Positions 27,537-35,604 of a stretch of 64,000 bases of DNA are shown piece by piece (the first letter of the stretch is position 1; each line of letters starts with the position of its first letter). Made by a program: the position numbers and the translations under genes. The notes under the pieces were generated by a model that did no database searches, was not told the origin of the DNA, and was given only the letters and a program-made list of their open reading frames with translations. Origin of the DNA: a virus (Duplodnaviria > Caudoviricetes); IMG/VR virus record IMGVR_UViG_3300044695_006401; one strand, written 5' to 3'.

Positions 27537-28220
27537 TTAATGTTTTTTCTGTAGTTCCTTACTATACTCTGAAACAGGAATAGGGGTTCCGACAGGGAAA
27601 GGGAAACCAATCTTTGCTGCCGTAACAGATGTTTGTCCGTTTTTAACAGGTACAGCTTTACGCAATGGGACCGCAGCTTCATTAAGTGGTCCATAAACTT
27701 TTGCCAACACAATACCTGTAGAAGTTGTATCAAAGATGATACCTGGCATTGCAAACATATTACTTTCACTTGTAGATGGTTTATCCATATTAATCACAAA
27801 TGATCTATTTTTAGGTGACATCATTTCCCACTTCTTAGTAGATGGATTAAATTGGGGAATAGTGGTGGTTGAATCATAATACCAAAACAAAGACCATACA
27901 GTATTACTTTTTCCGTTTGGAGTTTGGAAATTATCGTTCACATTGAACTTACCATAAGTATCACTAATACCTTCCATAGCCAAGTTGGATAAAGATGGTC
28001 CCTCCAACACAGGACAAATGGCACAACCCTCGTTATACTCAACACCTTGGACAACAATCTTTCTTCCCGTAGGAACAGCAGATGATGCTCCACAAAATGC
28101 AAATGATCCCTTGTGTAGTTTCACAATTTTATCAGACTTAATGTCTTCAAGAGTTTCAGTTTTCGTACTACAACCAATTAACATAGTTGTGGTAACAATA
28201 AATAATAATAATTTTTTCAT
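27537..28220 (-). CDS. Lipoprotein of unknown function
   Basis: MKKLLLFIVTTTMLIG|C lipobox; several Cys; TATTTAT upstream. Confidence 0.75.
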   Translation of the reverse strand: MKKLLLFIVTTTMLIGCSTKTETLEDIKSDKIVKLHKGSFAFCGASSAVPTGRKIVVQGVEYNEGCAICPVLEGPSLSNLAMEGISDTYGKFNVNDNFQTPNGKSNTVWSLFWYYDSTTTIPQFNPSTKKWEMMSPKNRSFVINMDKPSTSESNMFAMPGIIFDTTSTGIVLAKVYGPLNEAAVPLRKAVPVKNGQTSVTAAKIGFPFPVGTPIPVSEYSKELQKKH

Positions 28221-28314
28221 AGGTTTTATTTTAAATATAAATATTATACATAAAAAAGAAAACCCCTCCGTTGAAGGAAGGGTTTTAATGTATAGTTCTT
28301 TATTTTTTTAATTA

Positions 28315-28548
28315 TTAAAGTCCGACATATGAACGAAAATCATTTATGAGTTCATCATAAATCATATACACTTCGTCAATATTTTCACACTCCATTTCTT
28401 CATCCATATCTAGGAACCCTCCAAGTTCTGATTGTATGTCATCGTACATATCTTCGGGACTTTGTTCTTCAGGTGAAGTTTTAACAAACGACATAAAATC
28501 ATTAAAAACATATTCCATATTTGAAATAATTACTTCACAGTCATCCAT
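28315..28548 (-). CDS. Small acidic protein
   Basis: 77 aa ORF. Confidence 0.65.
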   Translation of the reverse strand: MDDCEVIISNMEYVFNDFMSFVKTSPEEQSPEDMYDDIQSELGGFLDMDEEMECENIDEVYMIYDELINDFRSYVGL

Positions 28549-28563
28549 TTATTTAAACTTATT

Positions 28564-28839
28564 TTATTTACCTTTATATAGTATTCCACTTCCATAAGGG
28601 GAAGTACTACCGTCTTCTTTCTTTTTAACCTGACCCGAAACAATCACTATATTAGCAATACTATTACCATTTTTTACAAAGTAATTTCCTTTTTGACTTG
28701 GTTGGTCAGTAGGTTCAATTTTTGTCATAAGATAAGTACCATCAGGAAAATTAATTAAGTCACCTGGTGAGAATACTCCCTCATTTATTACACGTTTAAC
28801 GATACGTGATAAATCTCTTTCTGTTAATTTGTTTTTCAT
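28564..28839 (-). CDS. Leader-bearing small protein
   Basis: MKNKLTERDLSRIVKRVINE leader. Confidence 0.8.
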   Translation of the reverse strand: MKNKLTERDLSRIVKRVINEGVFSPGDLINFPDGTYLMTKIEPTDQPSQKGNYFVKNGNSIANIVIVSGQVKKKEDGSTSPYGSGILYKGK

Positions 28840-28874
28840 AATATATTTTTTATTTGTTTATTAACGATTTAAAT

Positions 28875-29423
28875 ATAAATACCCCGATTTTCCTAAAATT
28901 TTTCTGGAATTTTTTTTTTAGAATTGTAGAGTACCTACAACTTGATTTTGAGTATCGGTTATTGATATACCTGGTTTTTCTTGTCCTGGTGCCATGACCC
29001 CTGAACTAACTTTATCACTATAAGTCCATTTGTAGTCACCCCCTTGGAACCCTCTGCCACCGATATTTTTAACCGTAAAGTTGTTTTTCCACTGATTATC
29101 ATAATCAGTTATTTGAATTCCGTCAACTGTAGTAGGGAAACCATAATCATCAAAATTAACAGTTCCTGTCTTTTTACTCATGAAATAATTCTTATCAAAA
29201 TTAGTTGTCCCTTCTTCTTCTGAAATAAGTGGTTTTGCATTACCAAGTTTGGCATTTAATAATCTTGAGAAATTTTCAGTCATAACTTTAATTCCTCCTG
29301 TGTGTTGTTCACGAATTCTATTTTTCTCCTCTGAACTTAAATTATTTAATAAGTGTTTCATAATATATTTCTTTAGTTATAAATACTCCGATTTTCCCAA
29401 AATTTTCTGGAATTTTTTTTTAG
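28875..29423. repeat. Two ~45-bp near-identical upstream elements (28875-28921 and 29378-29423)
   Basis: ATAAATAC(C/T)CCGATTTTCC(T/C)AAAATTTT(T)CTGGAATTTTTTTTT(T)AG. Confidence 0.8.
28918..29361 (-). CDS. Leader-bearing hypothetical protein
   Basis: LSSEEKNRIREQH...FSRLLNAKLGNAKPLISEE. Confidence 0.8.
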   Translation of the reverse strand: MKHLLNNLSSEEKNRIREQHTGGIKVMTENFSRLLNAKLGNAKPLISEEEGTTNFDKNYFMSKKTGTVNFDDYGFPTTVDGIQITDYDNQWKNNFTVKNIGGRGFQGGDYKWTYSDKVSSGVMAPGQEKPGISITDTQNQVVGTLQF

Positions 29424-29511
29424 TGTATAGGGGGTATTCCGATTTTTAAAGATTTTTTCCCAAAATATTTTTTAAGACCATATTACCTTTTTTAAAACTT
29501 ATACTCTGCAA

Positions 29512-29638
29512 GGGGGATTGACCCCCATTTTGGACCCTGTCAAAGTGTCAGAAAGAGGGGGGATACGGGGGAGGGGGACCCCAATTATTAAGGGGAGGGG
29601 GGTATGCCAAACAAAGAGGGGGACCTATAAGACCCCCC
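29512..29638 (+). other. Non-coding G-run block with G-quadruplex potential
   Basis: G-runs of 4-6 nt at 29557, 29567, 29573, 29592, 29597, 29618 in an otherwise AT-rich genome. Confidence 0.6.
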
Positions 29639-29666
29639 AATTGTTAATAAGTATTTTATATGGTGA

Positions 29667-29930
29667 TTAGTATTGTACAGGCGATAACTTCTTATCCTTA
29701 ATACAGTTCATTGCAGTTATTGCTTTCATCCCCACACCCATAGGATCTTTAGATGCCATTTCTAAAAGAGCTTCAATACATTTGCCAGGATCTCCTGCTG
29801 TACAAGCCATAGGTACAGTGATCCCTGCAGATTTACAACATGCTGACAACTCTTTAGTGGGGGCAACTTGTTCAGACAATACTCTACTTACTATACGATC
29901 TATGTCTGATTCATTTAATCTTCTTCTCAT
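29667..29930 (-). CDS. Leader-bearing small Cys-rich protein
   Basis: MRRRLNESDIDRIVSRVLSEQ leader; 5 Cys. Confidence 0.75.
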   Translation of the reverse strand: MRRRLNESDIDRIVSRVLSEQVAPTKELSACCKSAGITVPMACTAGDPGKCIEALLEMASKDPMGVGMKAITAMNCIKDKKLSPVQY

Positions 29931-29947
29931 TGTTTTATTTTTTAATG

Positions 29948-30059
29948 TTAATTTTATTTTTTACTTATATAAATATTAAGCCATGTCAAAAAAAATCCAT
30001 ACCTTAATTTTATTTTTTACTTATATAAATATTAGGCCATGTCAAAAAAAATCCATACC
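29948..30059. repeat. 56-bp tandem duplication containing the TATTTAT motif
   Basis: 29948-30003 and 30004-30059, one mismatch. Confidence 0.92.
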
Positions 30060-30191
30060 TTTGTAGTGTAACCTTTTTAATCGGGGGGGACCGAGTAGAC
30101 TCCAACCTGCCTTATATTTTTATATAAGGATCCCCATCTTTTTGTGAAGGACCCTCTTGTCCTTGTCGAAATGTTTTCATATCTTTATAGT

Positions 30192-30365
30192 ATGAAAACA
30201 ATTCTATTTATAAATCTTATGTTCGCTTATATTGTCATTGGAGCTTCTATCTTCATGGGGGTTTGTTTAATGTCCCTTAAGTATTTCCCCACCTCTAAAG
30301 TAAGTGGATTCATTCGTCGTCATGTTATTACTGATGTTGACTTGGATCCTCCCCATCAGGACTAA
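30192..30365 (+). CDS. Small single-TM membrane protein
   Basis: MKTILFINLMFAYIVIGASIFMGVCLMSL; promoter-like TATCTTTA upstream. Confidence 0.5.
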   Translation: MKTILFINLMFAYIVIGASIFMGVCLMSLKYFPTSKVSGFIRRHVITDVDLDPPHQD

Positions 30366-30672
30366 AGAATTTCTCTACATGTTCTATACTCATATTAACT
30401 ATGAGTGATCTTATTTCTTGGTAGTCATTTTCTGACAGGTTATAGTATTGATTTAAAAACTGTAACACATCCCCCATGTCTGCATCCACAATTACAAATT
30501 GTCTTTTACTAAGGATTGGTTTCTTGGACCACTTCTTTTTTGCAAACTCAAAAAATACAACCCCATCATCTGTGAGTCCTTGCTTATGTTTGAATAAACA
30601 TTTGATCCCCATCTTATCTTCTACCACACATTGGGTATACTGTTCTTTAAGAAATTTCTCTATTGCGTTCAT
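30328..30672 (-). CDS. Hypothetical protein
   Basis: 114 aa ORF with TATTTAT upstream. Confidence 0.65.
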   Translation of the reverse strand: MNAIEKFLKEQYTQCVVEDKMGIKCLFKHKQGLTDDGVVFFEFAKKKWSKKPILSKRQFVIVDADMGDVLQFLNQYYNLSENDYQEIRSLIVNMSIEHVEKFFSPDGEDPSQHQ

Positions 30673-31153
30673 ATGTACCGTTAATGTTAATAAATATTTG
30701 ATACATTTTAAATAGTAAATTGGGGGTGACAGTATGTCAGGGGGGAATTGTTGATAAATATTTATTGTATTTTTCTTGATTTTGTCAAAATGTCAGTCAC
30801 GATTCACACAGGGGACAATCCCTTTCCCCACTTTTTACCACACAGGTCTACCACTATTTACCACCACAATCCCCTCTGTTGCTATGATCAGCCTAAAAAA
30901 TCCCCTCTGTAGGGGTCTACAGGACTAGTTTTTTAGGTATATACATTTTCCAGCTAATTTGTGTTCTTATGATGAGGGTGGGCGGGAGACGATAGTCCTA
31001 TAGTTCTTCCAACGATTAGGGGACCTAATGTACCCCCAATTATGTGTCATTTAGTCAGTCCCCAACACTTGTGGTAATATGTGGGACATATTAAACATAT
31101 CACTTATATCAGGTTTAACCTGACAACAATGATATAAAACAACAGTCCCTTCG

Positions 31154-31202
31154 TATATGTTCCTGATCTTATTCACTCCCTTTAATAACGATAGTTTATA
31201 TA
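31154..31202. repeat. 49-bp repeat copy 1 (identical to 33269-33317)
   Basis: TATATGTTCCTGATCTTATTCACTCCCTTTAATAACGATAGTTTATATA. Confidence 0.92.
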
Positions 31203-31289
31203 ACTGAATACCACAGTAGAACATACCATTAAACCACACCATAAGAAATGGGGGACCTGTCTTTAGATGGGGGGAACTTACTAAGTAGT

Positions 31290-31560
31290 AACTTACCGAA
31301 TGGTAAGTTGTGTATCATGTATACGATCTATACATAAGAACCTCATCATGTATAAAGAATTAGATTTTCTATACATGTATATCGTAACCCCCATTACAGT
31401 AATGTACATTACGATACTATTCTACATTATGTGTTACACAAAATGTGTAATGATCATTACGATAAAGTATATGTGGTAATTAATGGGACTTATCTCTTAT
31501 AGAGATGTAATAGAATATCGGTTAAATGAACGATAATATACGATATCGGTTATATAGACG
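31290..31560. repeat. Non-coding array of short palindromes
   Basis: AACTTACC/GGTAAGTT stem, TATACATGTATA, GTAATGTACATTAC (31399), GTAATGATCATTAC (31447), TTACACA/TGTGTAA, ATCTCT/AGAGAT. Confidence 0.75.
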
Positions 31561-31562
31561 AT

Positions 31563-31650
31563 AATAAGAGTGTAGAATTAAATTATGAGGTGAATTCCGT
31601 AGTGATAACGAAGGACTATGAACCGAATGAATTAATCCTATACTCTTATT
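31563..31650. repeat. ~85-bp inverted-repeat-bounded element, copy 1
   Basis: AATAAGAGTGTAGAATTAA...TTAATCCTATACTCTTATT; core ATTATGAGGTGAATTCCGTAGTG. Confidence 0.85.
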
Positions 31651-32305
31651 AAAATTTTAAACCAAAGATTAGATTAACACCCATAGGTTTAGTGTCAAAA
31701 CCAAAACCATATACAAACATATCATATTTTTCGAAAAGTACATTTGCCGTAAAATTTAACTTGTATGTGTTTTTTTCACTAACAACTTGATAATAAACAT
31801 CTAAGTCTGAGAAAGACTCGTGGTAATCAACTAATTCTAAATTATAAAGTTGGAAATCAAAGTAAGAATTTTCTCTTACTAATTGGTGTCTTTCTTTACA
31901 CACTCCTAAACCTAAATTGATTCTAATATCTGTACTACCGACAGTTATAATCTCTTTACCAACACCAATATTAAACAATGAGGGTTTAATTGCCGTACCG
32001 TATCTTGTTGTGATTGTTGATGATTCGTAAACATATGAACCCCACTCTGTAACACCATATGAGTAGTTATCAAAATTTGTCTCTTCAGGAGTTGTCCATG
32101 TTTTAACTCTATCTTGAGCTGGTAACATTCCTCCGATTTTGTAGTCAAAGAAAATAGTGTAGTTTTTTACCGTTTTCTCTACTGAGAATCCCCAAGCCGC
32201 TTTTGGTAAATTACCATTATATAGTAATGAAACTCCTATTTGTTTTTGTGAAAAAGAAACAATTGATACTAAAGAAACAAGAGCAACTAAAAGAAGGTTT
32301 TTCAT
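31649..32305 (-). CDS. Outer-membrane beta-barrel protein
   Basis: Signal peptide VSFS|Q; alternating amphipathic strands; C-terminal ...VNLIFGLKF. Confidence 0.75.
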   Translation of the reverse strand: MKNLLLVALVSLVSIVSFSQKQIGVSLLYNGNLPKAAWGFSVEKTVKNYTIFFDYKIGGMLPAQDRVKTWTTPEETNFDNYSYGVTEWGSYVYESSTITTRYGTAIKPSLFNIGVGKEIITVGSTDIRINLGLGVCKERHQLVRENSYFDFQLYNLELVDYHESFSDLDVYYQVVSEKNTYKLNFTANVLFEKYDMFVYGFGFDTKPMGVNLIFGLKF

Positions 32306-32334
32306 ATTGTGATGGGGGTTAAATGATTACAATA

Positions 32335-32342
32335 CAAAGATA
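32335..32342 (-). promoter_or_regulatory. Bacteroidota sigma -7 element TATCTTTG with 5' leader shared with 49275-49311
   Basis: TATCTTTGTATTGTAATCATTTAA(A)CCCC(C)ATCACA(A)TATG at both loci. Confidence 0.8.
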
Positions 32343-32417
32343 GTGATATTCCTCATATCTACAATGAAAAAGTCAAGTTTTTTTTAAATAAAAATCCCCT
32401 TATAAAGAGAGGGGGGA

Positions 32418-32504
32418 AAGAGTATAGAATTAAATTATGAAACGAAGAATGTAGTGAATGAAATGAACGGTAATGATGAGTGAGTAAATTAAATCTATAC
32501 TCTT
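32418..32504. repeat. ~85-bp inverted-repeat-bounded element, copy 2 (divergent core)
   Basis: AAGAGTATAGAATTAA...TTAAATCTATACTCTT. Confidence 0.8.
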
Positions 32505-32507
32505 GAT

Positions 32508-32852
32508 TTATATCTGACAAGTAATATTATTTCCGTTAACCTCACAAGTAATTTGCTTTTCTAATAAAGTCTTTAACTTTAACTCTAATACACTTTTAAT
32601 CTTATTGACATCGGAATAGTTTTGTATTTCATATTCTACATATGTTATATCTTCTGAGGTAATCTGCGTAAGATCTGAGATATTTCTTAACTCATTTAAT
32701 ATAACATAATCTATTGTGTCTCCATTACACTTATTACACTCTCTTTGTACATCACCATTGATTGTAATATTAACTGTACTCATATCCTCTTTAATTACTC
32801 TATGGACTAAGTTAATCAATTCACTTTCAGTAAGTCTAATAATTTTTTTCAT
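32508..32852 (-). CDS. Leader-bearing small protein
   Basis: MKKIIRLTESELINLVHRVIKED. Confidence 0.8.
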   Translation of the reverse strand: MKKIIRLTESELINLVHRVIKEDMSTVNITINGDVQRECNKCNGDTIDYVILNELRNISDLTQITSEDITYVEYEIQNYSDVNKIKSVLELKLKTLLEKQITCEVNGNNITCQI

Positions 32853-33203
32853 TTAACAGAGTTGGTTTGCGTAAGTTATAAAGTCATCAGGTAATTTACT
32901 ATATCCTCTTGGTGGTTTGATAACATTATCACCACACACCTTTACAATTGTAATACCTTCAGGGTTTGTGATATTTGCTGGCGGATTCATCCATTTTAAT
33001 TCTATAACCTTTGTATTAAAAGTTTTCTTCTCACCTCTAGGGTTTGTTTTGTCTACAGGTACAGACTTTGTTGAATCACTTACATTAACCACTTGATACT
33101 GATGAGTTTCTTGCCTCCCATCCATAACAAAACTAAATGTCTTTGTCGGATCAGATACTTCCATAATTTGACGAATTCTATATATACTCTCCTGTAAATT
33201 CAT
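32853..33203 (-). CDS. Leader-bearing small protein
   Basis: MNLQESIYRIRQIME. Confidence 0.8.
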   Translation of the reverse strand: MNLQESIYRIRQIMEVSDPTKTFSFVMDGRQETHQYQVVNVSDSTKSVPVDKTNPRGEKKTFNTKVIELKWMNPPANITNPEGITIVKVCGDNVIKPPRGYSKLPDDFITYANQLC

Positions 33204-33238
33204 ATTAAATAAATATACCCATATTAAATAAATATACC
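33201..33238. repeat. 19-bp tandem duplication of TATTTAT motif plus ATG
   Basis: CATATTAAATAAATATACC x2. Confidence 0.85.
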
Positions 33239-33268
33239 CATAATATATTATATAAACTGTTATATTCT

Positions 33269-33317
33269 TATATGTTCCTGATCTTATTCACTCCCTTTAA
33301 TAACGATAGTTTATATA
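33269..33317. repeat. 49-bp repeat copy 2
   Basis: Identical to 31154-31202; closes a TATATAAACT...AGTTTATATA inverted repeat with 33249-33258. Confidence 0.92.
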
Positions 33318-33396
33318 TAGGATAAATTTGTGAGGTGAATTCCGTAGTGAGTTTACGAACGGTAGGATGGAGTGAATGATTTGATCGTATACTCTT
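33313..33396. repeat. ~85-bp element, copy 3 (left arm truncated by the 49-bp repeat)
   Basis: TATAGGATAAATTTGTGAGGTGAATTCCGTAGTG...TTTGATCGTATACTCTT. Confidence 0.8.
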
Positions 33397-33884
33397 TATT
33401 TATACTTAAGGATCCTTTGTACTATTGGATTAGATAAGAATTTCTCCGTATCTTTCTTTACTTTATCTACATTACAGAATCTACTATTAAAGAACATATC
33501 AGGGATTGTATCACTTTCTTCATCCCATACATTTATCTCATACTCTTCAGGTGTTATTGTAAGTTGTCTATTATACCAATCATCTATTCTTTCCTCCACC
33601 TTATCCAATGTAATGAATCCATTGGAATCTAATAACTTATCCCCGATCTTTATATATACGTGCAACAAATACTCCTGTTCTATCTCTTCCGTGTCAATAT
33701 TAACCTCGTTTGCCAGTAAAAGATAGTAAGTTACGTTTTTGTTCGGGAAACGTTCCCTAATCTTATCTATGATGTTATGTGCGAAGTAATGGCAATACCC
33801 GTGCTGATAGTCGTAATTCCCGTCGTTCCATTTGGACTCAAGGGTTTCTCTTAATATTCTCCTTACTCGTTCTTGTAGATTCAT
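33396..33884 (-). CDS. Leader-bearing protein with papain/transglutaminase-like Cys-His-Asp motifs
   Basis: MNLQERVRRILRE leader; GYCHYFA...LLHVYIK...LLDSNG. Confidence 0.55.
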   Translation of the reverse strand: MNLQERVRRILRETLESKWNDGNYDYQHGYCHYFAHNIIDKIRERFPNKNVTYYLLLANEVNIDTEEIEQEYLLHVYIKIGDKLLDSNGFITLDKVEERIDDWYNRQLTITPEEYEINVWDEESDTIPDMFFNSRFCNVDKVKKDTEKFLSNPIVQRILKYK

Positions 33885-33920
33885 AATAATAAATATATTA
33901 TAAATAAAAACCCCCCATCT

Positions 33921-34640
33921 TTACAATGAAGGGTCCCCTAATAATTCATTTGTTAGATCTATATACTTAGAATCAATCTCTATCCCTATAAAATCTCTAT
34001 TATTATTTCGAGCCACAATTGCTGAGGTTCCTGATCCTAAGAACGGATCTAAACATAAATCATTCTCTTCTGTCGTTAACAACATACATGTCTCTACTAA
34101 CTTCTTTGGGAATGGTGCTGGATGTTTTGTATTCTTGTCAGGATTGATTATCCACACCTCAGACTGATACTCACTTGGTATCTGATCTTTGAATACCTTA
34201 GGTTTACCCTTTGTTAACCAATAGATATGTTCTGTACACGGCAACAATAGATCCTTTCTAATGTTAGGACTTGACAGACGATTCCATATAATTAATTGAT
34301 ATACATTTAAGTCCGACTTGGAGATAAAGTCTGTAGGAAGATGCAACTTGTTCTTATGTCTTCTCGCTTTATGATTGAAGAATATTGATCCATCAGGTTT
34401 AATGATTCTCTTCATCTCATTTAATACATCGATCATCCAGTTATGGTAATCAACCTCACTTAGATCATCCCCATATGAATCATAGTCAATATTAAATTTC
34501 TTCCATACTTGATTGCCAGGTTTTACCTTACCGATCAATCCTTTCTTGTTATACGGAGGACTTGTAACTATACACGCAATTGAGTCTGATGGGATCTTTC
34601 TCATCTCGTCAATACAATCCCCCATTCTTAAATCTATCAT
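33921..34640 (-). CDS. Site-specific DNA methyltransferase (N4-C/N6-A, beta class)
   Basis: GDC...VTSPPY, HPAPFP..LV, LDPFLGSGTS, FIGIEI. Confidence 0.93.
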   Translation of the reverse strand: MIDLRMGDCIDEMRKIPSDSIACIVTSPPYNKKGLIGKVKPGNQVWKKFNIDYDSYGDDLSEVDYHNWMIDVLNEMKRIIKPDGSIFFNHKARRHKNKLHLPTDFISKSDLNVYQLIIWNRLSSPNIRKDLLLPCTEHIYWLTKGKPKVFKDQIPSEYQSEVWIINPDKNTKHPAPFPKKLVETCMLLTTEENDLCLDPFLGSGTSAIVARNNNRDFIGIEIDSKYIDLTNELLGDPSL

Positions 34641-34652
34641 ACTTAAATATAA

Positions 34653-35402
34653 TTATTTTCTCTCAGAAATCAATTCCTTGATCTTCTCATAATTGTGATG
34701 AAATTGTAGACCTCCCTGATGAAATTGTAGGTGACCAAATGGTAACTGAATGGTTGTTCCTCCATTCTTTGTTCCATATATAACATCACGCCCTTTTGAT
34801 TTCTCAATGATCTCGTTGATGTCAAATTTCTCATTAACTTGGTTGTCACCGAGTTTGTTAACATACCATAAGATGTCAACCCAATCACCTTCATTTTTGC
34901 TCCATCCCTTCTTAAAAACCAACTCCGTGATGTTGTGTAAGTTGTCCTTGAACCATAACTTAAACTCATTTGAGAGATCCTCATTATATTTGATCAAAGT
35001 CTCAGTGGTGATGGTCTTTCTTCTAACTTCAGTTGCTCTAACCTTAGGATTCTGATGTATGCAATCCTCACAAGATAAAACCTCATCAATGATATCACTA
35101 CCACCAAACAATAATAAAAACACCTTTGATACATTTGACGGAATCTCACCATACATGATCGTATAACCATCTAAGAAACGACCAACCTTATTCATGTGAA
35201 CCTGACCACTTAATGATTTTTTTAGACTATGTCTTTTTACACCATAAATGTCTGGCTTAGGAGTTGTTTTGTCACCGAAGATAGATTCTACCTTACCAGC
35301 AAGAGTGTAGTATCCATCACCCAACTCTTCGCTGACTAACGATTCATTCTTGTGCCCGCTTAATTTGGCGTATGTCCATCCTTGACTTCGGTTCCTTTTC
35401 AT
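34653..35402 (-). CDS. Putative type II restriction endonuclease (PD-(D/E)xK variant)
   Basis: AKLSGHKNE...KPDI...HSLKK...GQVH; directly upstream of the MTase. Confidence 0.6.
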   Translation of the reverse strand: MKRNRSQGWTYAKLSGHKNESLVSEELGDGYYTLAGKVESIFGDKTTPKPDIYGVKRHSLKKSLSGQVHMNKVGRFLDGYTIMYGEIPSNVSKVFLLLFGGSDIIDEVLSCEDCIHQNPKVRATEVRRKTITTETLIKYNEDLSNEFKLWFKDNLHNITELVFKKGWSKNEGDWVDILWYVNKLGDNQVNEKFDINEIIEKSKGRDVIYGTKNGGTTIQLPFGHLQFHQGGLQFHHNYEKIKELISERK

Positions 35403-35406
35403 ATAA

Positions 35407-35414
35407 CAAAGATA
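35407..35414 (-). promoter_or_regulatory. Bacteroidota sigma -7 element TATCTTTG
   Basis: 4 nt upstream of the endonuclease ATG. Confidence 0.75.
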
Positions 35415-35435
35415 CTATATAATTTTGACTCAGCC

Positions 35436-35515
35436 AAGAGTATAGGATAAAATTATGAGGTGAATTCCGAACGCAGTGTAGGACTATGAACCGAATGATT
35501 TAATCGTATACTCTT
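35436..35515. repeat. ~85-bp element, copy 4
   Basis: AAGAGTATAGGATAAAATTATGAGGTGAATTCCG...GGACTATGAACCGAATGATTTAATCGTATACTCTT. Confidence 0.85.
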
Positions 35516-35604
35516 AATCTTTAATCCCGATTATATAAATTATGATCATCATACAGGTTGAGAATAACCCGATCGACATACTAATTATTTGTTCTAATTC
35601 CATA

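Noticed and set aside
31051-31242. 63-aa minus-strand ORF
   Set aside because: No promoter motif or leader, overlaps the 49-bp repeat, atypical composition; probably spurious
31563-35515. Repeats considered as a CRISPR array
   Set aside because: Dispersed ~85-bp copies separated by whole genes, no regular spacers and no cas genes
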